The notes under the pieces were generated by a model. It was not told where the DNA came from. It searched no databases and saw only the letters and a program-made list of their open reading frames with translations. A stretch of DNA of 64,000 nt from a virus (lineage: Duplodnaviria > Caudoviricetes), in IMG/VR virus record IMGVR_UViG_3300013383_000004, positions 32,756 through 96,755 of that record; one strand, written 5' to 3'. Position numbers and translations under genes: made by a program. Within the stretch, counting starts at the first letter, position 1; the number at the start of each line of letters is the position of its first letter. Positions 28,601-40,300 of the stretch are shown here, piece by piece.

Positions 28601-30168
28601 TATTTTGGGAAGTGAGTAAAGAGAGCTTCGGTTATTGTCTACAAGCGGCTGATAATAATAGTACTAAATATACTGTATCACAAGATAGTATTAATTATGA
28701 TGGTTCTGCAAAAGCCTTCCTATACATAGCAGAGTTAAAGAGAAAGTCTACCCCTATAAACAGGTTTGGAGGAGATACTTCCGAAGCATTGAGAAATAAT
28801 TTATGGCTTCCTGCTGGAAAAGCTGTTAGCTTACAAGAGGAGATTAACTTTGAGTATGGAGATACTTACTATCAAAGATATGATTGTTTAAAGACATATC
28901 CATTTACTTCAGAAGATGAAAATAGTGTGGTTGAGATAGCCTCTTTTATGTGTGAGAGTAGAATTAACTTAGATGGAAGATATGATAGAAACAGAGGGCA
29001 GCTAAGTAACTTAAATATGTCTCCACAAAACTTTAATTTAATTAATTCTGTTTATTCTCAAAAAGATAATTTTTATAATTATAGGATTCTTGATGATCAA
29101 TATTACAGAACTATTAAATATCCTACCCAAGTATTATGGTCTTTAGAAAAAACTAACCTTGAGGATATAGATACATGGACAAACATTACTTTAGCTAATT
29201 CCCTAGACCTTAATGGTAGTGCAGGCAGTGTTACCTCACTTGCAACATTTAATGATACTCTTTTTGCTTTTCAAGAAAAGGCTATAAATCAAATACTATT
29301 TAATAGTAGAGTGCAAATTCCTACAGCAGATAATATTCCTGTAGAAATAAGTAATAATTATAAAGTTGATGGAACTAGAGTATTAAGTGATATTATAGGA
29401 TGTCAAGATAAAAGGGCTGTAGTAAAATCCCCTTATGGCCTTTATTTTATAGACAAGTTTACTAATGCTTTATATTGTTTTAGTGGGGAATTAAAAAATA
29501 TCAGCATACAAAATGGAATGCAGAGATATATGATTCTTAATAAATCCAATATTTTAAAATTATATTATGACTCAAAGAATAAAGATCTTTATATTACATC
29601 TAGTGGATCACCTTCATTATGTTACTCAGAACAATTAGGTTGCTTTACATCTTATTTTGCATATACATATAAAGATGTTATGTTTTCACTTGGGGATAGG
29701 TTCTTTACCTTAAGAAATAGTAATGAAACTACTCTTAAATTATGGGAGAATTTTACAGGGGATTACAATAATTTTTATGATGAGATCTACATGCCTTTTT
29801 TTACTTATATAAGTAATGAGGACCCATTGTATACTAAGATATTTGATACTATAGAATATCAAGCTGATTTCTATGATGCAGAGGGAAATCCTTTACCTAA
29901 TAAATCATTTGAAACTATTCAAGTTTATAATGAATATCAAGATTCTGGAACACATAATTTTAATCAATTAAGAAGGATTATTAATAATAAAGACAACTCT
30001 CTTAGAAAGAAGTTTAGAATATGGAGAGGTCAAATTCCTAGGGATGGAAGAGAAAGGATTAGAAATCCTTGGGCTGCTATAACTATAGGCTTTAAGCCTT
30101 CAAGTAGTGAAGAAAGTAGTAATTTCTATTTTACTCTTCATAATATATCCACTAAATATACAATATAA
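25624..30168 (+). CDS. tail muzzle / stabilisation protein
   Basis: 1514 aa; YWVDG.NQPR.IN, GDTYYQRYDCLKTY, ESRINLDGRYD, KKFRIWR..IPR motifs; syntenic position. Confidence 0.8.
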   Translation: MIKQDNHVFQGIKQDSSPITQESKFLWDAFNIRFTIRDYNTSTLTMTNERGTTFVSEMKGVYVGYCTVGSYLVVFTSFTENNEHTNYIYRIGNNALGRVDNIYIGNLNIRPENELQTLGIYEGDLVQKVYWVDGVNQPRVINIMADKLLYNKDYPDLSVIEKSKLYPKGCFDFVQELSLDEEISVKREEGGGTFSPGIIQYAFSYYNKYGQESNIFYTTELFNISYVTRGGSPEDVVSNSFHISVKNLETNFQYLRIYSIHRTSLNATPNVKIVTDIELSSAGASESAEILYIDTGTTGDNIDPSKMLYIGGESIIASTITEKDNTLFLGNIELKKDYIPSAVKESLRELFKNDNVEHTTRTITFKNIDDDSSLYDYNNQLIAGNTSTFKVGDTYRLGLQFQYKNGKWSEPCWLGDYTVPRYNKPHRGKDKSGNDTLTVPSMFISNLGKSNIDTLSELGYKKVRPLVVLPTTYDRTVLAQGILCPTVFNAKERYSNTPFAQSSWFFRPISAQATNSTGIENGATVAFKHLEPLFSEDNRGAEIQNMPYLPFDYVNREVKNNNTSINAFYVDQSILTMHSPDIEFDDSTKQALEGNDFELDIVGVASFKNNAGDISIQTSSAVPAPGDEGFFHKSFFTTNYENKGMVAGMFYKSHLVDENENAAEYSPYLANDKNWEFNFLVYPWHRSGSLNNDCTRPEGKGVRTSVLKRKVISNLRFSPDTAWLDNIWTAEKTEGSAKNGITPVSIFNSNEVSLIKIPVPKNSGIKALNYYGNIDTLVTTNIDYSFYVCPSNVVKDPFTSSLQNISKDYASLSSGGSFVGDYNPQLKTTKEPVRMKYKSTPHAVFAFNYSDVETPVILPKLNDLNVFDTVLINPFWSSNQSVDPRFDNPIIAEIADSTISMSWEKTPSEIEKEIKETLLKKYPNAENGYYAICSCSSRLGNVSLADLYKLTITTKTDQNSAGGQTITTIKSWDKIKLEEKDVGTIYQYKGTNLFWEVSKESFGYCLQAADNNSTKYTVSQDSINYDGSAKAFLYIAELKRKSTPINRFGGDTSEALRNNLWLPAGKAVSLQEEINFEYGDTYYQRYDCLKTYPFTSEDENSVVEIASFMCESRINLDGRYDRNRGQLSNLNMSPQNFNLINSVYSQKDNFYNYRILDDQYYRTIKYPTQVLWSLEKTNLEDIDTWTNITLANSLDLNGSAGSVTSLATFNDTLFAFQEKAINQILFNSRVQIPTADNIPVEISNNYKVDGTRVLSDIIGCQDKRAVVKSPYGLYFIDKFTNALYCFSGELKNISIQNGMQRYMILNKSNILKLYYDSKNKDLYITSSGSPSLCYSEQLGCFTSYFAYTYKDVMFSLGDRFFTLRNSNETTLKLWENFTGDYNNFYDEIYMPFFTYISNEDPLYTKIFDTIEYQADFYDAEGNPLPNKSFETIQVYNEYQDSGTHNFNQLRRIINNKDNSLRKKFRIWRGQIPRDGRERIRNPWAAITIGFKPSSSEESSNFYFTLHNISTKYTI

Positions 30169-30170
30169 TT

Positions 30171-30210
30171 TAATAGGGGTATAAGAGCAATCTTATATCC
30201 CTATTATTGT
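30171..30210 (+). terminator. terminator-like hairpin after muzzle gene
   Basis: 16-bp stem TAATAGGGGTATAAGA-GCAA-TCTTATATCCCTATTA. Confidence 0.7.
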
Positions 30211-30223
30211 TATAATTAAATAC

Positions 30224-30254
30224 TTGCTGATTTAATATATTTTATATATCTTTG
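30224..30254 (+). promoter_or_regulatory. sigmaA-type promoter for cargo-protein operon
   Basis: TTG (30224-26), 20-nt spacer, TATCTTTG (30247-54). Confidence 0.75.
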
Positions 30255-30274
30255 CACTAATAAATATATAAATT

Positions 30275-33001
30275 ATGGCTTATAAAATTAATAAAGGAAA
30301 ATATAATAAATTATTAAGTTATAGAAATCGCTATTATAATTTAGGAGGTGATATTAATGAACTACCTCTGTTTTATCAATATGCGGATTCTAATGATAGT
30401 TTTATAGGAAATCCTATCTCTAATATATATCAAGGAGATAGTGCTACAGATGCTTTAGTACAACAAAATATAGTTCCCTCACCTCCTCCTTTACAAAGAG
30501 TAGATATTCCTAAACAACCTAATAAAACTCTTCAATCCCTTGAAGATATGTTTAACTCAGGAGCTTTAAATAATGCTGCTACTGCATTAGGAAGTATGGC
30601 AGGCAGTGGTATAGCAGGGGGTTTAGAAAGTGGAGCAGGTAGTGTTTTTAGTAGCCTAGGTAATATTGCAAGTACTATCCCTGGACCTTGGGGTGCTATC
30701 GCAGGAGCAGGACTTAATGTTATAGGAGGCCTTACTAATAGAATGTTTGGCTCTAAATTGAATCAAGAAAATATTAATGCTACTAATTCTACTATAAACA
30801 GACTTAATAATTTTCAATCAAATGCCAATAGCTTTGATACTTTAGCGGATATTTGGGGAAGTACAGCTTTAGGTACTAATTTCTCTGATAGTTATATAGG
30901 CAAAGATGGATGGTTCTCAAATAAGGCAAAAAATAAAGCTAAACAATTAAGAGAAAGGATGAATCTATCTAATGCCTTTGCTGAAAACTCATTACAAAAT
31001 AATGCTGACAATCTTACAGAAACTACAATGAACAATCTAGAAGCTAGTTATGCTGCTCTTGGGGGTCTCTTGAATCAATATGCTAATGGTGGTGGAATAC
31101 ATATAGACCCCAGAAATAAAGGTAAGTTCAATGCCACTAAAGAGAGAACAGGAAAAACTACAGAAGAGCTTACACATAGTAAGAATCCACTTACAAAAAA
31201 GAGAGCTATATTTGCTCAGAATGCAGCAAAGTGGCACCATGCTTTTGGTGGTGACTTAAACACTGCTGGTGCAGACTTTCCAACAGGACTTACATTTATT
31301 AATGAAGGAGGCACACATGAAAGTAATCCCTATGAAGGTGTTCCTATGGGTGTAGCTCCTGATGGTAAACCTAATTTAGTAGAAGAAGGAGAAGTAGTAT
31401 ATGATGACTATGTGTTTAGTAATAGACTTACTGTTCCTGATGCTGTTAGGTCTAAATATAAATTAAAAGGAAATAAAGATTTAACTTTTGCTGATGCAGT
31501 TAAACAACTTTCTAAAGGTGTTTCAGAGAGACCTAATGACCCAATAAGTCAAGAAACCCTGCATGAGATAATGTCTGACTTAGCACAAACACAAGAGGAA
31601 GTTAGAGAAGCTCAAACTGTAATTAATAAATACTCACATGGTGGTAAATTAGGCACCCTTCATGATGGAAAAGAAGCAGGATGGCAAGTACTAAATATGG
31701 ATAATAAGACTCCTAATATTACCTTTGGGGTAGAAGGCTTTAATCCTTATGACTCTCAAGGAAATATTGATTGGGATATAATGTATCGGAATGACAGCCC
31801 TTACATGAAAAGAAGGCAATATGTTATAGATAATTGGAATGATCCTAAAGTACAGCAATGGCTTCCTGAATATGTAAAGGAGATAAATAAATATAATGAA
31901 GGTAGAACAGGCTATACTCCAATGAAAGTATCTGACATTACACCTAAAGTATTTAGAGATAGAACTTTTGATAAGTCATGGGGAGCTATGCACGCCGGTA
32001 TTCTTAATGCAGAAGACGTTACTTTAAATAAAGCTAATAGATATTTTTTAAGAGGAAAAGATGCTCAAGGTAATCCTATTGTTACTCCATTAAATGCAAT
32101 TCCTTGGGAAGGATTAAATGATAAAGGTTTAACTTTTGAGCAAGCTTATCCTAACTATTCTTTTGTAGGCAAGCAGGAGAGGCCTAAAGAGGGTGATACT
32201 ATTTACACTGACTACTATTATGATGAAAATAAAAAGGAGAATAAAGAAAAAGAAAAACTTGACTTAGGAACTTCTGATGAAAGACTTAGGTATGCTCCTG
32301 TAGTAGGACTAGGATTAGCAAGTTTAAGTGATGCACTAGGATTGTCTAATAACCCTGATTATAATGAAGCATCAATGATAGAAGCTGCTACAAGAGGAGG
32401 CTCTTATATGCCTGTATCATGGAATCCTATTGGCAATAAACTTACTTATAGACCATTTGACAGAGACTATTATACCAATAAACTTAATGCAGAGTCTGGT
32501 GCTACAAGAAGAGCTTTAGCTAATCAAAGTGGTGGTAATAGTGGTAGAGCCATGGCAGGTATTCTTGCTGCTGATTACAATGCTCAGGATAAGTTAGGTG
32601 ATCTGTTCAGAAAGTCTGAGGAATATAATTTAGAACAAAGACAAAAAGTAGAGGACTTTAACAGAGCTACTAACCAAGCTAATTCTCAAGGTATGTTACA
32701 AGCTGATATGGCAAATCAACAAGCATATAATAGTACTAGAGATTTTAATCTTAGAGGTATAATGGCTGCTGCTGAGATGAGACAAAAAGCCAGACTTGCA
32801 GCAGAACAGGCTAAATCAGCTAATTTAAGTGGATTATTACAAGCACTTGGTGATATTGGCTATGAAAATAAGGGCATGAACATGATAAGAAGGCTTGCTG
32901 AAGCAGGTGTTATTGGAGGAATGTCAGAGGGTCATCCAATGTTTAATCTTTACACTACTCCAGCAAAAAATAAATCAAAGAAAAATTTAACAAAGAAATA
33001 A
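30275..33001 (+). CDS. virion cargo (ejection) protein 1-like
   Basis: G/A-rich hydrophobic segment, GGTHE.NP.EGV...NLVEEGEV motif, repeated aromatic-xx-GG motifs; follows muzzle. Confidence 0.7.
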   Translation: MAYKINKGKYNKLLSYRNRYYNLGGDINELPLFYQYADSNDSFIGNPISNIYQGDSATDALVQQNIVPSPPPLQRVDIPKQPNKTLQSLEDMFNSGALNNAATALGSMAGSGIAGGLESGAGSVFSSLGNIASTIPGPWGAIAGAGLNVIGGLTNRMFGSKLNQENINATNSTINRLNNFQSNANSFDTLADIWGSTALGTNFSDSYIGKDGWFSNKAKNKAKQLRERMNLSNAFAENSLQNNADNLTETTMNNLEASYAALGGLLNQYANGGGIHIDPRNKGKFNATKERTGKTTEELTHSKNPLTKKRAIFAQNAAKWHHAFGGDLNTAGADFPTGLTFINEGGTHESNPYEGVPMGVAPDGKPNLVEEGEVVYDDYVFSNRLTVPDAVRSKYKLKGNKDLTFADAVKQLSKGVSERPNDPISQETLHEIMSDLAQTQEEVREAQTVINKYSHGGKLGTLHDGKEAGWQVLNMDNKTPNITFGVEGFNPYDSQGNIDWDIMYRNDSPYMKRRQYVIDNWNDPKVQQWLPEYVKEINKYNEGRTGYTPMKVSDITPKVFRDRTFDKSWGAMHAGILNAEDVTLNKANRYFLRGKDAQGNPIVTPLNAIPWEGLNDKGLTFEQAYPNYSFVGKQERPKEGDTIYTDYYYDENKKENKEKEKLDLGTSDERLRYAPVVGLGLASLSDALGLSNNPDYNEASMIEAATRGGSYMPVSWNPIGNKLTYRPFDRDYYTNKLNAESGATRRALANQSGGNSGRAMAGILAADYNAQDKLGDLFRKSEEYNLEQRQKVEDFNRATNQANSQGMLQADMANQQAYNSTRDFNLRGIMAAAEMRQKARLAAEQAKSANLSGLLQALGDIGYENKGMNMIRRLAEAGVIGGMSEGHPMFNLYTTPAKNKSKKNLTKK

Positions 33002-33002
33002 T

Positions 33003-34319
33003 ATGCAGTTAGTTATAGATAGTAAATTTAGACCATTTGCTTTTGATGAGCTTATTAAGCCTGCATTATTATATAAGGAGGCTTATGATAAAGTAGAGGC
33101 TGATTACTCTAACTTAGCTGCTCAGACAGAACAATGGAAGGATATTGCAAATCAAACTCAAAGTCCAGAAGCATATGCAATGTATAGTAAATATGCAAAT
33201 GACTTAAATAGTGCAGTAGATGATTTTAGTAGAGGAATGACCCTTCAGAATAGAGGAAACCTTCTTAATATGAAGAAGAGATATGCAAGTGATATAATAC
33301 CTATAGTAAAAGCAGATGCTGCTATGAAGGAAGCCAATGATCTTAGAGTTAAAGCTGGTCCAGACGCTATATTTGAAGTAGGAGAGTATAATTCTTTAGA
33401 TCAATTTCTTCATGGTAAGAAAGCTAATAATAAATATACAAGTAGAGACGCTCTAACTAAAAGAACAGCAGCTATGACAGAAGCAGCTATGGCCTCTGCT
33501 TTAAGAGATCCTGAATTTAAGAAAGTTCTAGGAAATCAATATTGGATGCTAACCCAACATACGGGAGGTTCTTATGAAGATCTTAAAGCAGCAATAGCTA
33601 ATAATCCTCAAGCTCAAAATAGATTTGCTGAAATTAAAGCTCAAGTAATGAAGGATGCTGGTTATGATAGATATGATGCAAGTGGCAAACAAGCTATAGA
33701 AGATGCTATAAATACTGGCTTATATGCAGGATTAGACAAACCGGCTAGATCATTCCAAGCTAATCAAGCTTATCTTAATCCTTTACAAGCAGAACAGCTG
33801 TCCCAAGCTAAAACAGAATTTGAATGGAAAAAACAAGATAGGCAACCAAAATCTGTTGGTAATAATCAATACCTTGATCCTACTAATGGTTTAATTTTTA
33901 CTGTGGATTCTAAGGGAAAAAGAATTTATAATATAGGCTCATCATCTGATCCTAATGGAGGCAGAACAAGTAATTCTAATGGAAGTAAGGCAGGAAGTGG
34001 TGGAAGAAAAACTGCAACTACAAGAGCAGATAGAATAACAGAGCCTGTGCAAGTTAGAATAAATGGTAAACAAACAGAAATTGAAGCAAGAGGAGAAGAT
34101 GTAGATGATACAGAGTACAATGTTGTATCTTGGGATAAATTAACTGAAGCACAAAGAAAAGCTGTTAAAGATATTATAGGAAATGATACTCCAAGTGGGT
34201 ATGAAATTTTATATAAACAAGATAACGGAGGTTGGTTTAATAGCACTAAAGATGATTTAATCATTTTAAGACCTAAAAAAGGTGTAATTTTAAATAGTGA
34301 AGATCCAAACCAGTTATAA
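33003..34319 (+). CDS. virion cargo protein
   Basis: SKFRPF.FDE..KP start typical of the crAss gene at this position. Confidence 0.6.
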   Translation: MQLVIDSKFRPFAFDELIKPALLYKEAYDKVEADYSNLAAQTEQWKDIANQTQSPEAYAMYSKYANDLNSAVDDFSRGMTLQNRGNLLNMKKRYASDIIPIVKADAAMKEANDLRVKAGPDAIFEVGEYNSLDQFLHGKKANNKYTSRDALTKRTAAMTEAAMASALRDPEFKKVLGNQYWMLTQHTGGSYEDLKAAIANNPQAQNRFAEIKAQVMKDAGYDRYDASGKQAIEDAINTGLYAGLDKPARSFQANQAYLNPLQAEQLSQAKTEFEWKKQDRQPKSVGNNQYLDPTNGLIFTVDSKGKRIYNIGSSSDPNGGRTSNSNGSKAGSGGRKTATTRADRITEPVQVRINGKQTEIEARGEDVDDTEYNVVSWDKLTEAQRKAVKDIIGNDTPSGYEILYKQDNGGWFNSTKDDLIILRPKKGVILNSEDPNQL

Positions 34320-34337
34320 TTTTTAATTGTAAATAAA

Positions 34338-37300
34338 ATGTATTTAAGAGGATTAAAAGGACTTAGTGGTATTAATGCTCTTTCTGGTAAAGAGTATAGT
34401 CAATGGTATAATAAATATAAAGGAGTAACCTTAGACCAACTAGATAGAATATATAAAAACAATCAATTTGTTAAAAAATATGGACGTGCTGCTTTTGATT
34501 CTTATGATGCAAATCAAAGAGATGAGATACTTAGAAAAGGATTTATTAATGAGGCTATAGTAGACACTTATAGTCCCTATACTAATAAAAAAGGAGTTAA
34601 TGGTAGGTATATTATTGACCCTAATAAAGGTGTAGGGGATGAGAGTATTTTTCAAAGAATTTCTTTAATGGATGATGACTCAAAACTATCTCTATTAAGA
34701 AGTGGATGGAAAACAACTCCTCAAATTAATACTTTTTTGAAGGAAGAGCAAAAGAAAAGACAAAAAATTAATAATAGTGTTTATACTGCTCTAGCACCTC
34801 ACACAGTTTTATCTTTACCCTCTAATGATCCTGCATTTGATAAAAGAGTTGTGTCAGATAATAATCAAATATTTGAAAAAATATGGGCAAATGATTTAAA
34901 GAAGAAAGAAAAGGAGCTACAACCAGATATTATTAATTATAAAAATAATGTTATTTCAAAGTTAAATGATACACAAGTTAAAACACAATTCCTAAAAGCA
35001 ATAACTCCGGAGAAAGGCAAAAATGTAGGCAATAGTCAATTTGCAGCATTTTTTCATGATGGTAAGAATATAGAGGATGAAGTTAAAAACTTTAGTATAG
35101 ATGATATGAGAAATTATTTAGCTAAAGAAGCAGTTTTTAACGAGAGATTAGGTGCAGGCGTAACCACGGATGCTTTAAATAATTATGCTAAAGAATATAT
35201 AAATGACCATCAAAGCTTAGGTACTTATACGGGGTTATTAGCTAAAGACATTGGCATAAGTGTTTTATCTTACTCTGCAGATAAACTGAATAGTTTTAGG
35301 CTACTCTATGATTTAACCCAAGGAGACTCTAATGTATGGATAGACAATCAAGGAAATGTTGTAGCCCCAAATAAAGTTAAGACAGCAAAAGATGGTAGTA
35401 AATACTATATTAATGATGATGGAGAGTCTACTAAAATAAAGCAAACTAGAATGAGTGTAGCAGACTTAGATTACTTAGGAAAAGATGCCCAAGGTAATAC
35501 TAGAGATGCTTTATGGAATAATCAATATTGGTCAGATGCTGAACAGTATGGTACTCTTGATTGGGATTTACAAAAACAGTATAAGAAATTAGGCGCTTCT
35601 CCTTATAAGGTTGTGTATAAACCAGGAGATGAATCAGATCTTTTTTATGAAACTGCTAAAATGTTATCTTTTGGTATAGCTGACGTTGCTTCTACTTTTA
35701 TACCTGTAATAGGTCAATCATTAGGTAGTGCAATGCAAATAGCCAAAGCTTCTTCTGCTGTTAGTAAAGCTTTTAATGCAATAGGTAAAGGCGTATATTA
35801 TGCAGGAAAAGCAGCTCAAGCTGTCCAACCTACTATGGGAGCTGTAGCTATAGGTCATGCTTATGGAAGAGGGGTTTTTGGAGAAGCCCTATCTCAAAAT
35901 ATGCAGCAATTAGAAGAATCTACCTATAATCATGCTCAAAAGAATGTATTAAATAGTTATAACACTAATAAAAAGTTTAAAGCCCAAGTAGATAAAGATA
36001 TACAAGCAGAGTTTAGAAGACTTAAAACTGCTCAAAAGACAGAATTAAAAGCATCTGGTAATTCTGAAGGTGGGTATACTGATGAAGAATTAATGGATAT
36101 ATCTAAACAAACAGTTTTTGATTCTTACATTAATAGGGGAGCTAAAGATATACAAAACTCTGATCAATACTATGATATGGTAGGGCAAGCAGCAGAGAGT
36201 GCCAGTGATGGAGCTATGATAGCCTCTATTACAGATGCTGCTAAATATACTATAGTTAATAATTTTGGTTATAGAAAATTCTTATTTAATAATAGTGCAG
36301 ACAGAGCTGCCTCTGCCTTTAGAAGAATGAAGGAGTATATAACAGAAGCTAAAAATGGTACATTAAATTTTAAAAGTATCCTTGATGGTAATAAACTTAA
36401 AACTATAGGTAAAATGACAGCAGCTCAGGCTTGGGGTGGAGGATGGACTAACTTTACTGATGAAATGCAATCATGGGGAGGCAAACAAATAAATCAAGAC
36501 AGGTTCTCTGAGTATTTAAAAGGTGCTTACAATGGAGAAGCTGATGATACTACTTATGGTGCAATGGATGCTGTAGCCTCTTATATAAAAGGAGGTAGAG
36601 GAGCTTTAGATTTAGGGACTACTTGGAAAGCTGGTCTTGTTGGAGCATTAGGTTCTATTACTTCCTTTGTTCCTAATCCAATGGCTATATTAAATATTAG
36701 AAATTCAAGAGGGGCAAGAGAAGCATGGAGAAAGGCAGATAATAGAGGAAAGATTAAAATGCTTCTTGAACATGGTATTATTAGTAATGGTATTATTAAT
36801 AACTACTATGCTAAGAAACAAGGAGAAGCACAAATACAAGAGCAGGTAAATAATTTAAATAAATTACTTGATGAGCAAGAAAATTTTTCTATACTGAGAA
36901 AGGCAGTAGCTCTGGATTTAGCATCTATTGATGCAACTAATCAAGAAGATAAAAATGTCCTTACTTTTTTAAAAGCTCTAAACTCAATATCCTTGCTTCA
37001 TCAATTTCAAGAAGATGCAGGAGTAGGAGAACAAGCAGGTTCTAAAATAAAAAGGTGGTTTAAGAAAAGATTTGGAGAGCAAGGTAATGCTATTGCAGAA
37101 CAATCTTCTATTCTTACTAAAGCCATGATAGAATTACAAGAGTTATCTCAAGATAATTTAAGTGAAGATGCAGCAAGAGAATATTTAACAGAATATTATG
37201 CCAAACATCCTACAGTAGAGCAATCAGCAGAAAATAATGAAAAAGCATTACAAGAAATTTATCAAAATGCTAATACTCTTTTAGAGGCAGAAAATACATG

Positions 37301-40300
37301 GCAAGATGTTAACTCGAAACTAAATGAGGTAGAGCAAGAAAGAGGAGTTGCCATATCTCAAGATGTGAGGGGTGTATTACTTGAAAGAGCTGCTCTTGAT
37401 GGTTTTTTAGCAAAAAGAATAGGCTTTAATGAAAAGAAAATATCAGGAAGAGAAGAAGTAAATTCTGATAGATCCTTCAATGCAGCAGTATGGGGTACTA
37501 AAGAAGCTATTGAACAACAAATAGTAGCTATTGAAAAAACTCAAGAAGAAGCAGATAAACTAATAGAGGATTCTAAAAGTAAATTAGATGATGCAACTTC
37601 TAGAGTTAAAGAGTTTGAAGAGTCTCATGATATGGATAGTCTTAGGAAAGAAGATATTACAGACTATAATGAGTTAATATCAAAAAGAGATGCTGCTAAA
37701 CTACAATATGAGTACTCTAAAAATAATAAAGATATTCTTCTTAGTAGAAAAACAAAGATGGAAACTATGAGCAATGATGCTCAAGAGGCTCCTGTATTAT
37801 CTAAAGAGGAAATTCTGTCATTACATCCTGAAGACAGAGCTAGAATGCTTGATGATACTAATAGAAGTAATTACAGTAAAGAGCAATTAGAGGTGATTGA
37901 CAACCTTAAAAAGGAATTAACTTTAAAAGATCCTTCTATATTACAAACTATTGAAGACCAAGCTATACTTATGAGACACAAGGATGCTAATGCTAGTGCC
38001 TATGAAATGATGTTAAATAACCCAGAGGCTGCTGCTTCAGAGTTTGAAGCTCGAGATGGTATAGAAGGAACTATAAATAAAAATAGTAACTTTGTTAGAG
38101 TTGGTGATAAAATTAATTCTTATTTAGGCAAACTACAAACTGAGGAAAGAATAGACGATGGCACTAAAAAAGCTATAGTTTATAGAGGCATTAGAGAATA
38201 TCATCCTACTCTTCTTAATTATTTACTTAAAAATTATGATAAAGACAAAAGATTGTCTAATCTGTCTACATATGGAGAAGTAATTAAGAAGGCTATTGAA
38301 TGGTCTAAGATGACTACAGATATAGATAATGCCCTTGAACAAATGAATCTTGATGATTCTATTAAAAAAGCATTTAGAAATAATATAGACAATCTTATAA
38401 ATGAGGCAGATTCTACAAATTCTGCTATGGAAATTTTGAAAAAAGTAAGTGAATCTGCTGAAGTTTCTAATGAAGACCAAGCTAAATTTAAGAAGTTATT
38501 AAATATAATTAATGGTGTAGAAGAACAAAAGAAATCTACTAAAACAGAATCTAAAGAAGAAAAAAGAGCAAGAGAAAAATCTCAAGAGACTCAAACCAAG
38601 CAAGAAGAAAAGAAAGTACAAGATGCTGAAAAGGAAGTAGAAATTAAATCTAGTGCAAAAAATGGTAGAACTTATTGGGAAGCTTTCAAAGAGGTAGGAT
38701 TCAATGAAGGGGAGCATGCTGGGTTTATTGAGAATAATCCTGCTAATAAAACAGCAGGTGTGACTAGTACTTTGAGTCATGCACAAGCAGAAGTTGTTAG
38801 AAGAAAAACAAGAAACGTTTTTGAAGATGCAGCTAACTCAGATAGGCAAAGATTACATGATGCTGTAACCTCTAATGCACATGCTACTTCAGCTAATGTA
38901 AATTTACTAAAATATCTATACGCAGCTCTAGATGCTGTTAAAGAAGGGAGAATGTCCGCAGATGAAGCTATGGCAATAGTTGAATATCATTTAAATGCAG
39001 AAGATAGTACCCATAAAGAGTTCATAGCAAATTTACATAGTCAAAGAAGCTCTCAATTAGTAAAAGAAACCAGAAACACACAAGAAGCTACTGAAGTAAC
39101 AGCAAAAGAGAAGTCCAATGAAGAAAATGCACAAGAAGCCTATCAAGAAACAGAAAGAGAGAGATCCAATGAAAAAAATGCTCAAGAGGTTTATACTGAA
39201 ACAGAGCAAGAAAGAAGTAATCAAGAAGAGGCAGAAAAACAAATAAAAACTTATAACCAAACAGAAGAAGAGGTAATAAAAGAAGAGGAAGCAAAAAAAC
39301 AAGTTAAAGAAGGATTAGACCATTCTTCTGAAACTGTTGATCTTGAAAGCCCAAATTGGAAAGAACAGGTAGAGCAAGCTAAAAAAGAAGGATATAAAGT
39401 AGAAGAAGGATTAGTTGCTAAGGATACTCCTGATACTACTGATCAAGGTAATATTGTTGCTGATACTACTGATAATATGCTAGGTAATACTATGTATGGT
39501 TATGATGTTACTTCCCTTAAAGAGGATGCTAAAGAAGTAGAAAGGACAGGTAAAGACCCTAATGATACTATGAGTAAATTCTTTAATTGGTTTAAGAATG
39601 CTGGTATAAAACTTCAAGAAATCATTGACAATGAACTTAAAGATATAGTAAAAGCTAATAATAAAATAGAAGTTCTTTATATTAATCCTCAAAAAAATGC
39701 CACAGATGATGCAGCTTTAAAGAAGTTTACTTTATTGTGTGTAGAGTATACTGATGCTGTTAAAAAAGTGCATAAAGAAGATAGAGGAGGAGTAATTACT
39801 GCTAATGGAAAGAAGTATTTAATAATAGGTTCTTTAGGATTTAATAAGTTTAATAGAGCACAAGGAGATGCTTATAGAAGTGCATTAGCTTTGGGAAAAG
39901 AAAGATTTGAGTATTTTAAACAAAATCCTTCAGAAAGATTTTATGTATCTCCTATAGGACATACTGAAATAGAACAAATGACTTCTGGTAGAATTGTAAG
40001 AGAGATGATAGGGGACAAAGAAACTAAAGTTAGACCTATTACAGAGTTACTATCTGATGCTAAAAGAAATCCTAAAGGCTTAAAGCTAGAAGATCTTAAA
40101 TGGGGTATAATGTATGAGGATGGTTTACATTATGTAAATATTTCAGAAAGAAATACTGTATATCCCCCAAGAGATACCCAAAGTAATTTAGGTGCAGTAT
40201 TCCTTCTTATGGAAGCTGCTAATGGTAATTATATACCAGTAGCTATAGCTCCTACTATGTTATCTGATTTACATGAGGGATCATTAAAAAGTCAATTAAA

